The notes beneath the pieces were generated by a model. That model ran no database searches. It worked only from the letters and a program-made list of their open reading frames with translations, and was not told the origin of the DNA. Shown here in pieces: positions 47,362-59,537 of a DNA stretch of 64,000 nucleotides; position 1 is the first letter of the stretch, and every line of letters begins with the position of its first letter. Origin of the DNA: Oopsacas minuta (lineage: Eukaryota > Animalia > Porifera); assembly GCA_024704765.1 (NCBI GenBank), contig JAKMXF010000221.1:248001-312000 (forward strand). Direction: 5' to 3'. The translations under genes and the position numbers were made by a program.

Positions 47362-48482
47362 CTATTTGTAAATGAGAGGTTTGGCATCTGTATTTCTTAC
47401 AATTTGGTATCTGTATACCTTCACTTGTTTATACCTTCTAACAACTTGTTTCCAACTATACACACTGTAGGTTATTATCAGTGCAATGTTGAATAGATTT
47501 CTCCCAAAGAATTGTAACTGTGTTACGATTACCATAAGTATGTATAGCTTTATGGGAAATTCCATATTGTCGTTTAGATGATATATTGTTTCAAAAAACA
47601 AGGGTTTTCTAACGCACTTCCAATGAAGTATTGAACAGTTAACTGTGCGAATTCTCCAATTATTTGCATTGCAAATCCCATCATTAGAATAAGAGAGAAG
47701 TATTTATACGATTTGACATTCTGCTCAAAACTACTCAATACGTTTAGTTCTTCCTCGCTACCATGATTCTTAATTTCAATACATCTCCTTTTGAGCACGC
47801 AGTATAAGTTTTTTGATAATTTTAGTAATATGACGTAATCTGCGAATAGTACCCCCAGATAGAAAACCAATACAGGAAGAATGAATACAGGGAAGAGAGG
47901 GAGTCCTTGAATAATAATGCATTTGATTATGCTATATGTAAGATATACAGCTACCCAATGATCCTTTGAATTCTTGTAATTATTGATCATCTTAATTATA
48001 TGCAACGTTAATACATTCATCAAAGACAGGACGAACACAAGCGTGGCATGGCTAGCACCTACCAATACATTATAAGCTGTACCCCATTGGTAATATAAAG
48101 CTAGTTGTGTTCCAGCCCTAAGTGAGCAATTTGTTGTAAGCTGGTACTCAGGGACTGGGACTTCATGCTGTTTGCTTAGAATATGGAAATAATCTATAAT
48201 ACCGACAACCCGATAAATAGCCTCGAATACAAGAACAGCGAGTATAATCCTGTTCTTTGTGTAATTATCTTTTGCATTTTGTTCAATTTCTTTAGATTTA
48301 TACTGAGCACGATATTTAGCATTTTTGGATCGATCACGATCTTTTTGTATCAACTTTACTAAATATACAATATATCCAAGAGAGTAGAGAATGATAATTG
48401 ATTGGAGTATTAATCCTGCACATATGACACTGATAAATATTGTTTGAGAGATTTGCATTTCCTCTTCTTTGGATTGATACAT
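47362..48482 (-). pseudogene. Orphan 6-7 TM membrane protein interrupted by a 1-bp frameshift (pseudogene or sequence error)
   Basis: ORFs 47574-48482 and 47362-47601 overlap in different frames. Adding one T to the T6 run (plus-strand A6 at 47593-47598) gives ...ENPCFFETIY... and a 373 aa protein with about 7 hydrophobic helices. Confidence 0.65.
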
Positions 48483-48854
48483 TTATAACTATTTATAGAT
48501 CTGTACAAGTGATATATTTGGGTATTTAGCCGTTGTTGTCATTTTTTGATTGTGTAACACAAATAACCCATTACCATTTGATTACATTGTTAGCATCCTC
48601 TGAGTTAATTCATTCCCTTAATCAGTAATTTAATATTACCGTAGGGGAAAGATCCTATATTTTTCCTGTTTCTTTGCCAAATCATGTTAATTGATGTTTG
48701 TATGTCATAAACTCATAATTATGTAATACCCATAGACATTGATTTTGATTTCACTCCGAATTAATTAATACTCTGCAAAATGAAATGTTATCACAAATAA
48801 TGTCTTAGAATACAGGCAAATAGATATAGATTACACTCATTGCAGTTACAACAA

Positions 48855-51025
48855 ATGATAGAAGTAATATTCAGTGAACACAAGTATAGTCGTCTCTACC
48901 CAGTATTTGGTCCTGAGGGTAGAGCAGTTAAACATATTTGTCCTGGTACAGATGTTCCCCGTCTCAACACTTTTCAGCGAGTTGGAGGAGATGAATCGGA
49001 CAAGGAGGAAGTTGATGTCATGGAACTAGAGGAGAAGCATGACAAGTACCAATATGAGAGTCTTCACCGTATGAGTAGTAACCTCAGTTATTCACGGGGT
49101 GGTGTCCTCTACTACAACAGGAAGACTATGTTCTCTGGTCTGCGTGAGACTAGTCAGCATTTGGACATGGCTAAAATTGCTATTCGTTCTCAAAACACAA
49201 ACACGTTCTTAGAATGTAAGCTTAACTGTATACGTATTTAATCTACTCAATTTATACTCTTATATCCTTATAGCTCCAGCTTCTGGAGACAATAAAGTTG
49301 AGAAAGATAAACCTCAAGAACAGGAAGTAACTCCTCTGGGAGAGATAGATCTTGTGGGAGAAGATATACAAGAGGTGAGTTCTGTAGAAGGAGAGGAGGG
49401 AGAGAGTAACGGTAGTGCTGAGCAATGGACTCCTATACAACACTCTCTGTTCACAGAAGTTAACTACTGTCTGCAGGAATTGTACTTACAGAGATTATCA
49501 ACACGAGAACATCCCTTAGAGCCTATTATCAGGAGGCTTGACACGGAGAAATACACAGAGAAGGTAAGTAACTATTTTTAAGCTATTCTAATAGAATTAA
49601 TATCACACACATCACATTCTTAGGTCAGAGCAATTCTAACACGGTATGAGTGGAATGAGAGACTAACCTCCTGGCTACACAGCTATTTCCTGGAGCTATT
49701 AGATAAGAATATACTCCCTATATATCTTGATGTTCTGCAGACATTACACAACAAATGTCCTCTCCTGACACAAGCTATGCTCGGGTCCACTGTACGCGGG
49801 GAGACAGGAGTAGGACTACAGCTGTTACTCTCTAGAGTTTGGGATCCAGCTTTGGGCGGGATTAGATCTCTTGATCATTCTATCTCTAAATTTGAGAGTT
49901 CTCCTACTTTTATAATTATCCCTTCTTGTAACTTTGGTGGCAGAGCTAGATGGTATATGTGGAGAAATCAACTGCAGAGACTTGGAAAGATCCGTCAATG
50001 TTGTTTGACTAAAAAAGTATTTCTTAACAAGCCGGGAATAGTTAAAGTTAGTCAGGTCACTAAGAGGATATTTAAGATTGTGTATACGCAGGTAATATAT
50101 TTCTATAGGATTTGTAGTAGTAATATCTCAGATAGTTTATTTCTCTTAGATAAGACACGAGAGCAAGAAGTATCCAGATAATCCTATCATATTGGTTGGG
50201 TGGGGTGCAGGAGGAGTGATTGGGGCTCGCCTCTTGCACCTACCAGCTGTGACGTCGTTGATTTGTTTAGACTATCAAACACGAGGTTGGCTATTGGAAC
50301 CTTCTGTGTCAGAAGACCCTCTCTATCAAGCTAGCAAGCCATTCATGTTGGTAGCCCCCTCCGGTAGTCCGATCAGCTCAGAACCTTACCTCAGAGTGCT
50401 GAAGGAAAGTGCTCTAGCTTTCTGTGAGCTGTGTTTAGTGGGTGGTGTAGGAGCTGGTCTGCTCGCTTCATATGAAGATCTATATAGTCGTATTACTACT
50501 CAGAGCTCTATAGATGGTGCTATTCTAAGAGCTATACAGGAGTTCTTGATATGTATACTACCCTCTCGTTATCAACTTCCTTTTCAGCTGCAGACTGGTC
50601 AAGGAGCAGAAACAGATGGTAAGCCTCTTAAGCCTTCTACTGAGCTCAGTACTCTTAAGTCTACTCAAGCAATGACAGCACTGCTAAAGTTCTGTAAGAG
50701 TAGATCACTCTCTCCCAGCAAGAAACATCCAAGAGACTTTCCTTTCTCAAATAGACGTTCTTCTGATAAACCTGGATCTTCTCCTACCAACAACTTTCCT
50801 ACTCCACCTCCAGCTAAGAGAGCTCGTTTGGAAGAACAGTCAGATCACAACAAATCAAGGAAGAAATCTACTGTAGTAGCTGTAACCAAGATTCCTACTG
50901 CTATGATAAGGAAGCTATCTAGTCCTGACATTACTACAAGTAAGCATAGTTCTAAAGAGAAACCGAGAAAGTATGTACCTCATAAGATAGCTAAGAAACA
51001 CAAGCACTCACGGTCTGAACTCTAA
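48855..51025 (+). CDS. KANSL3: KAT8 regulatory NSL complex subunit 3 (alpha/beta-hydrolase-like)
   Basis: Exons 48855-49215, 49274-49563, 49624-50091, 50150-51025 give 664 aa. EPIIRRL...WNERLTSWLH...IYLDVLQTL...LQLLLSRVWDP...WRNQLQRLGK...PIILVGWGAG...EDPL parallels the human KANSL3 motifs EPVLRR/LIQWLH/YLDALQTL/LLLKRPWDP/WQSQLSCLGK/PIILIGW. Confidence 0.83.
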
Positions 51026-51195
51026 TTGATTATACAATATTTTAAGCTATACCAGTTTATTACATTAATTATTATCATGGCTTATCTCTACGTATCTTGA
51101 TATTTGATCCTATTTAAATTGATTTAATTTTGTTAGGAAATTAAGATATTATACAGCTAATCCTGGCACTGTTTAAAATATTTTCTCGGATTATT

Positions 51196-52064
51196 ATGCG
51201 ATCCAGGCGCCTTCCAGAGGCGAATACTCCATCCGACAAGATTAATTTTACAGATGTATCTATCTCGATTGCAGCGCTTTGCCCTCCAGGTAGCAAAGAG
51301 GGAGAACTTAACAATCCCAGTGGCATAACTACACACCCTGAAACTTCTAATATATACATCACTGATTCTCATAATCATAGAGTGCAAATATTCGATCCGG
51401 ACGGGAATTTCATATCAACTTTTCATAATGATGTAATTATGCATGAACCATGTGGAATCTGTATTTTTGAAGATAGAGTGTTCATTACTCAGAACCCAGG
51501 TCACTTTATAATGGTGTTTAGAGAGGATGGTACATTTATTCAAAGGTTCGGAAAACAAGGTAGAGACAATCCTGGAGAATTCATTCACCCTTACGACATA
51601 GAAATAGATAGAACAAATGGTGATATCTACATTTGTGATTTATTGAATGATCGATACAAATCTATACAAGAGACTATTATTTTAAAACTATGTTTAAATC
51701 TAAGTTAACTATCCGCGCTCATAACATTAAGATTATAAATCAAGAGCTCTTTATTTTAAACCAGACCGCTACAGGAGAGCTACACCACATTTACGAGGAT
51801 TCTTTATGTTTAACTACTATATGTACGAAAATCTCTAATCCAATCAGCTTTGATATTGATAAAAATGGTAACTATTTAGTGCTGCAATATTTCTCCTGTC
51901 GAAATTTCGAAGTATTTTCTAAAGAAGGAGAGTTTTTGAAGAGTATGCTAGTTGGAACATGTTTTGGTATGCCTCGTGCTCTTGTGATTGATAATAGAGA
52001 CAAAATTTGGATTGTCTCTAGGGAAGATAAACGGAAAGATTCAAAATGTCTTCGCATTTACTGA
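51196..52064 (+). pseudogene. NHL-repeat beta-propeller protein with a 1-bp frameshift
   Basis: NHL repeats ELNNPSGI...IYITDSHNHRVQIF and EFIHPYDIEID...IYICD. Restoring one A at about 51654 joins ORFs 51196-51708 and 51690-52064 as NDRIQIYTRDYYFKTMF (289 aa). Confidence 0.72.
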
Positions 52065-52225
52065 TTTGCTAATAATATAATAAAGTTTTGTATATTTTGC
52101 TATCATATAAGTGAAATGCTATGATCATTTGCAATACGTATTCATATTTCCAGATACTTTGTTCAATGCTTAATTAACCGTTATAGTTTATATATGAGTG
52201 TAATTCTTATTAGTTGTGAAGTGAA

Positions 52226-53338
52226 ATGAGCATTAGACAGCACCCATCCGGGGGAGAAGCTGGACAGCCTCCTATCGGGGGTACACCCCCTCTAAATTCG
52301 ATACATTTTGCAGGGTTCAATCAGAATCATGGCTGCTTTGCTATCGGTATGGAGAATGGGTTTAGAGTGTATAACAGTGATCCAGTTAAGGAGAAGGTGC
52401 GTCACACATTTGATCCTCCAGGTCTTGGATTCATAGAGATGCTATTCCGCTGCAATTATCTAGCTTTAGTAGGCCGTAGTGGGAGTAAAGAGGAAGTATT
52501 AAACGCACCGAACAGAGTTGTAATCTGGGATGACTTACAGAAAAAAGAAGCGATAACATTAGAGTTCTCTTCAGACGTGAAAGCTGTCAGATTAAGGAGA
52601 GATAGAATTGTTGTTGCACTCTCTAAAGTTATAAAAGTAATACTGCTATACTATTCATATAATCTGTAATTATTTGTCTTATTATAGGTTTTTACATTCA
52701 CTCAATCTCCAATCGAACTACTAACGCTAGAGACAGGACTGAATGAGAGAGGGATCTGTGTCCTGTGTCCCTCTTCTTCTAACTCTATCCTTGCTTACCC
52801 TGGTACTGAGATCGGTAAGGTACATATTGTGAATCTGGGGGTGCTAGAGAACAACAGTCCTACTATCATAAATGCTCACGAGACACCTGTCATCTGTCTA
52901 GCTCTCAATCAGGAGGGAACAAACCTAGCCACTGCATCTGAGAAAGGAACTTTAGTCCGTGTATTTGACACTGGTACTGCAAAAATTATACACGAAGTAC
53001 GTCGTGGTACCAGCTCTGCTAACATATACTGTATTAACTTCAGTAAAGACAGTACTATGTTGTGTGTCAGTAGTGACCATGGAACTGTACATGTATTCCT
53101 ACTAAGCAAGGATTCTAGCAGTCAGCCTAAAACTGGTATTTTCAAGCTAATGGCTACACCACGTAGTGAGCTGTCCATCAAAATGCCTGAACACACTGAC
53201 AGGATATGTGCATTTACAGAAGACCCGCAGGGATTGGTAGTAGTGGGACTTGATGGAAGTTATAAGAAGTATTCAATCGAAGATTTGAAGGGAGGATACC
53301 AGGAGGATAAGACTTGTCACCTGCTCGATCTCTCGTAA
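52226..53338 (+). CDS. WDR45B: PROPPIN WIPI3/WDR45B
   Basis: Exons 52226-52636 and 52688-53338 (51 nt intron), 353 aa; [60 protein letters not shown] lipid-binding motif. Confidence 0.92.
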
Positions 53339-53525
53339 TAATCTATTTTATCTATCTCCCGCCCCAGTAGAATATGTGTATTGGATTATGTAATGAGTTA
53401 GTATTTGTATATATTATGTGTTTGGGAATAATGTACACAATAGCTCTATTGCTCTGTTCATTTTTATAATTCAGTACAATAATTACGCTTTTTGAACATA
53501 TTTATACATTAATATTCTATTAGAC

Positions 53526-56500
53526 ATGCAACTTGTTGTTCTATTTGTTGTTCCGTTGTTATCTCTAACAAGCTGTCTGTCTGCTAATACCACACTCTGT
53601 GCACAGTGCTCTTTTCACGGGATATGTGATGTTAATTCCTCCTGTATATGTCTCCCTAATTGGTCAAACACTATGTGTAATAACTTTACGAATCCTTGTG
53701 CTAATCTCTCTCTATCATGTGCTAATAACGCTACTTGTCATCCTAACAATATTTCTCCTAATATCACACTTCAAAACACTAGTTTATCTCTCAATTATAC
53801 ATTCACTAAGCCATCAGAATTATTACTTAATATTAACTGGAATTCTACACATGAATGTAATTGTTCTTCTTCCTACTCAGGCGTAAGGTGAGTTAATTAT
53901 TATAGTTTATTCATTTCTTAATTTTTCCGTATTAGATGTTTAGCTATTAATGGCTTGAAGCCTGGTAATATAGAAGATACCTGTTAACCTAGTGAGTCAT
54001 ATCGTATGTTTGTGACTATTAGTATTCACTTAAATATCTAATATTACATTATATCTTACAGTATACAGCACATGTATAATATTAGTAATATTCAGATTAT
54101 ATGAGTCTACATATATTCTATAGATGTGAACTGGAGCGTTGTGAATCAGCCATTTGCTATAACCACGGAGATTGTCTATTTGATACAGTTACTAATAAAA
54201 CTATATGTGATTGTCATTACAAATACAATGGCACTAGATGTGGAGACTGTCTATCTTGTTCAGATGGCTCCTCTATCCCTGACACCACGGTAGACTGTAA
54301 TAACGGATTCTGTGAGATAACTGGAGATAGCTATACATGTCATTGCTCTAATGGTTATACAGGAGAGCATTGTTCTGATGATATTGATGAGTGTAATGAA
54401 CCAGGGATATGTAATTATGGGATGTGTTCTAATTCTATTGGAAATTATCACTGCGATTGTTCAGGTAAGATTTGTAATTTCCTGATCAGCTGATAAATCT
54501 GTTAACCTTGTTGCTGTATTTCTAGATACAGGATACACGGGCTTAAATTGTAACCAGGAGGTGTTTGAATGTAATTCACACACTTGTGAGAACGGAGGAA
54601 TGTGTAAAGAAGTTGATGGGTCTGGTTATCAGTGTAATTGTGTAGCTGGGTGGTCAGGTGATAATTGTGGAATTGATATTAATGATTGTGAGGGGGTAGT
54701 GTGTCAGAACGAAGGAATATGTGATGATAAGTTAAATTCCTATCTCTGTACCTGTAGTCAAGGATATGAAGGAACACAGTAAGTATTTGTGAGTTGTGTA
54801 ACGCTGATAAATAATATTATAATTCTTTCTGTTTGTAGTTGTGAATCAGCAATCAACTATTGTAAGACAAATCCCTGTATCCATGGTGATTGTAACTCCT
54901 TACAGACCAGTTATTCCTGTGATTGCTACCCTGGTTATGCTGGAGAGGATTGTAATGAAAATATTAATGAGTGTTCTCCTAATCCTTGTGTACACGGTTC
55001 ATGTATTGATGGAGTGAATAACTTCACTTGTCAGTGTAATACAGGTTATACTGGTGAGTTATACAGGCTTATATATTTGTTCGTATTTAATTCAATTTGT
55101 GTGTAACAGGTGAAACTTGTGGAGAGAACATAGATGATTGTTATATGAATCCGTGCGGACTACATGGTAACTGTACTGATCTCTTGAATAACTTTACATG
55201 TAGTTGTGATGTAGGGTATAATGGAGAAGTGTGAGTTAGGCTATTACATTATTTATTTATTCTATTATTGTCCTCTAATTCGTTAGGTGTGAAAATCTAA
55301 TAAATTATTGTATGACTGAGGATTGCTCTAATCACGGATCCTGTACTCCATCCAATTGTACGACTGAATGCAGTTCATATACTGACTTCTTCTCATGTAC
55401 TTGTAATGTTGACTTCACAGGCAAGTTTTGTGAGGATAATATAGATCACTGTCTTAACAACAATTGTAGTAATGGAGTATGTGCAGAAGAGACAGGAGGT
55501 TATACGTGTATGTGTAATGATGGATTCTCTGGAGAGTTCTGTACAGTTAATGAGAGCAGTTGTATTGATAATACCTGCTATAATGGAAGTTGTATTGAGC
55601 ACATACCCAAATATGTTTGTGAATGTTATGTGGGATTCGAAGGTGGATTTTGCGAAACTAAAATCAATTATTGTGATAATACGACTTGTAATAACGGTAC
55701 ATGTATGGAGGAGATTGGCGATTCCTCTTGTCTTTGTGACTCCGGGTATTATGGAGAAATATGCCAGAATATAGATCTGTGTTATAACAATAACTGTATT
55801 AACGGTAACTGTACAGAGATTAATAATAACTCTTATTCCTGTGTGTGTGATGCTGAGTTCTCTGGAGAGTTCTGTAATATTTCTATTCACTCTTGTTACT
55901 ATAAGACATGTGCTAACAACGGATCTTGTTTAGAGAATGATAGCATAGGAGAGTGTGTATGTGGATCTGGGTATACTGGAGAGCTATGTGAAGAGATAAT
56001 ACTTGAATGTGAATCTGAGCCTTGTTTGAATGGAGGAGAATGTACTGGCCTTGTAACCGGATATAATTGTACATGTCCCGTCCCTTATATAGGAAATATA
56101 TGTGAGATTGAGCTCAATAGCTGTGTACAACACTTGTGTAATCTAACCCTTGATATGTTGTGTGTTGATACTGATCTCCCCAATAATTCATGCTATTGCT
56201 CTGATGATGTCATAATTACAAGTTGTATGGGAGTATCTTATCTATGTGATTCGCATAATTGTAATAACAACGGTATATGTAGTGTAATTGGAAATTCTCC
56301 TGAGTGTATTTGTCCTATGAATTACACTGGAGATTATTGTCAGTATCTAACTGATCCGTGTTTATCAAATCCTTGTATGAATAACGAAGTTTGTAGTCAG
56401 CTTAGTCAAGATACTTTTGAATGTGTTTGTTCATATCCTTATACCGGAGAGTTCTGTGAATCCATGGTTGTGTCCTGTAACGATACTGAGAGCTGTTCTA

Positions 56501-59500
56501 CAATTGGATCTAAGCTCTGTATCTCTAACTTCACACAAGAAACTTGTCAATGTCATCCTGCCTATTATGGTACTAATTGCTCTCAGCTGTTAGATTGTCC
56601 CACTGGATTATGTACTCACATATCATGTTGTATTGTAGTGAAGGGATCATTTAGTTGTTCTATGAATTGTAGCACTCCTACCACTACCTCCACAACAACT
56701 CACCCTACCACAACAACTATCTCTACTACAACTGTTTCTACTACAACTGTCTCCACAACACCTACAGTATCCAGTACAGCCCCTCCCTACAATCCATGTG
56801 ACTCTCAGCCTTGTAACCATGGTGACTGTACAGCAAAGGGGGATAACTTCACCTGTGAGTGTTCTCTTGCTTACACAGGAGATGATTGTAACACGCCTGT
56901 AGATTTCTGTTATCAGGTAAGTGCTGTATATGTGTATATATGTACTATATATGTAATATTAACCTATGTCATAACTCATAATAGGTAGTTTGTGGTAATG
57001 AAGGAGTTTGTGAGAATGATACATATTCCTATATCTGCAAGTGTGAGCCTACTTTCTATGGAGATCTGTGTTTGTTCGAGTCACCTGAACCAGAGGCTCT
57101 ATTCCAAGATTGTGGTAACAAAACTTGTAAATATATTTTCAATAACGGATACTGTGATATGAATTGTGCTGAAAAAGAGAGCTGTCTGTTTGATGGACTG
57201 GATTGTTTGGAAGATCTCAAATGTACTAATTCTAACTGTGAAACTATTTATGGAAATAAAGCATGTGATAAAGAGTGTGATAACGAGCCGTGTCTATTTG
57301 ATGGAGGAGATTGTCTACCAGATTATCTATCTTACAACCATGAGTTCTCTACAGGTTCTCTTATCATTATTGTGAAGTCTCTAGAACTTTCTTATGCATT
57401 TAGCGACCATTCTCTAACACAAATCTTATACCATATCAGTAAAATTCTACACACAATTGTAATAGTAGAGTATATAAGCGAGCTAGATAATACAGTTCGT
57501 GTTGAACGGGATATTGTTGATTACGAATACAAGTATAAGATCGTTACTAATATAGAGAACTCCCTGTGTAGAGATTATTGCTATAGAACTACTGAGAAGG
57601 CAGCAGATCATTTGAATGCTTATCTTATTGATTATTCTATTGATACAGATGAGTACACTATCCTGCAGATAACAAGTAATGAAGATACTAAACAGACTGA
57701 ATTATGGCCTATACTAACTGGAGCATCTATTGTAGCTGTAATATTGCTTTTGATTATTGGTACTAGTGGTGTAATCATTCGCAAGAAGCGACCAAGAAGA
57801 ATGTATTTCCCCAGAAGGTTATCTACTATCACTACAAATAGTGAGAGAGCTGCTCTTGTGGATGCTGAAGATCCTGATCCAATAAGTAAGTATACTTCTG
57901 TTACAAAAGAGGAGCATAATTCTAAGAGAATTAAACTCGATTTACCAACACATTCAACAACATCTAGTAACACTATGCCTGACTCTAAACCACCTCCTTA
58001 TGAGTATTTCAATCAGGAATACATACCAAATGCCTTATTTCATCCCTTACAAGAACACAAAACATATCCTCAAACTAGCATAGAGCTTGATCAGCTGTTA
58101 GTTGGTTCACTTTCTACAGCTTATCCTATTGATCCTGCTCCTAGCTGTGATTCTGTTAACGTTAGAGGAATAGGAGGCTACACACCACTCAGCTTAGCGG
58201 TTATAATAGGTAGCCCAACTGTATGTGGCTTTATGCCTTTCCCCGCTCTTCCTATACTTACCTCTACTAACAGTAATATAAATCAGTATCAAACTACACT
58301 GAATAGTGAAATGTTATCTGTAGAAGATCTGTTGAGATTAGGTGCTGACGTGAATTTACCCAATGATCAGGGAGCCACGCCTCTACACCTAGCTGCTATG
58401 TACTCTCGCTCTGATGTAGCAGGTCTCCTTATTGTGTCAGGTGCCCATATTAACCCACAGGACAGGCAAGGTAGAACTCCATTACACACAGCTGTTGCGT
58501 CTGGTGCCAAAGGTGTGTTTCAAATTCTAATAGCAAATCGTAACCTGAATATAGACCATCAAAGTATTGATGGATCTACAGCTCTGATGCTAGCTGCTAG
58601 ACATCTCAATAACGATTTATTATATGATATGCTAAGTGCAGATGCTAATGCTAACTTATTAGATAAGAATGGGTATACTGCATTACATTGGGCAGCTGCA
58701 GTAGATAATGCTGTTGCTATACAAACTCTGATTACTCACTCAGCTGATATTGATTATCCTAATTTCAGAGGAGAGACCCCTCTCTTCCTAGCTGCTAAGG
58801 AAGGGAGTACTGATTGTGTTAAAGTGCTACTACAGAATGCAGCTAGTTCTCAGATCACAGACTTTTTCGGACGTTATCCTATCGTTGTAGCAAATGAACG
58901 TCTACATCAGGATATTGAGTTTATACTGGATAATAGTCCTATACCTGCTTGTCAAACAGGAAATGTAAATACAGATACAAAGCACAATTTAGCTGATGTC
59001 ATATCCAAAGGTACAGTTTCTAAATCTAAGACAGAATCGAAGAGAATTAAGAAATTATCATCTCCTAGTTCTAAAGTACATCCATTCACTCCTAGCCCTT
59101 CTATACCATCTGATTTGTCTTCAGGCTTTGAAGTAAAAGTCGAGGCATCATCTCCCTCTCCTATGCTACACAATTCTGCTTTCTCTATTACAGTCATGCC
59201 TAATACTATTGATTACTCTGATTGTGTCGCAAAACAAATTATTGGTAACCATCCACTAAATTCTGCATCACAACTAACCCTCACTCACCCTTACCCTACT
59301 CCACCCACTGTACAAACAGAGCTATCTAAACATCTGCTAAATTCTCTATCAGATCTCCCTTACCCTTCCCATTACCCTTCACCTGAATCTTCTATCAATA
59401 CTATATCTCCTATTAACTTACTGAATGGAGATATTATTGTGAATCATGGCTATCCGAATCACTTAGATGTAAACTCTCTTATAAATCAGAGGAACTATCT

Positions 59501-59537
59501 TACTGATCCTGACTGGGACGAGTTTGGTTGCAGCTAA
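53526..59537 (+). CDS. NOTCH: Notch receptor (atypical NRR and RAM)
   Basis: Exons 53526-53887, 54124-54464, 54526-54778, 54839-55053, 55110-55230, 55287-56916, 56985-59537 give 1824 aa. Signal peptide, about 22-24 EGF-like repeats, 2 LNRs, NOD/NODP-like segment, TM, RKKRPRR, Notch-type ankyrin repeats (LHWAAAVDN, GETPLFLAAKEGS), PEST with PSPES. Confidence 0.88.
56671..56787 (+). repeat. Thr/Ser-rich low-complexity coding repeat inside the Notch ectodomain
   Basis: STPTTTSTTTHPTTTTISTTTVSTTTVSTTPTVSSTAPP, encoded by imperfect ACTACAACT units. Confidence 0.8.

Noticed and set aside
48855-51025. Initial idea that this gene was MTBP or Treslin-like
   Set aside because: After splicing, multiple collinear motifs match KANSL3 instead.
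9542-53338. Apparent nutrient-sensing/autophagy theme (CTSB, GCN1, CHMP5, NPRL3, WDR45B)
   Set aside because: The genes are scattered among unrelated ones, and such broad categories co-occur by chance.
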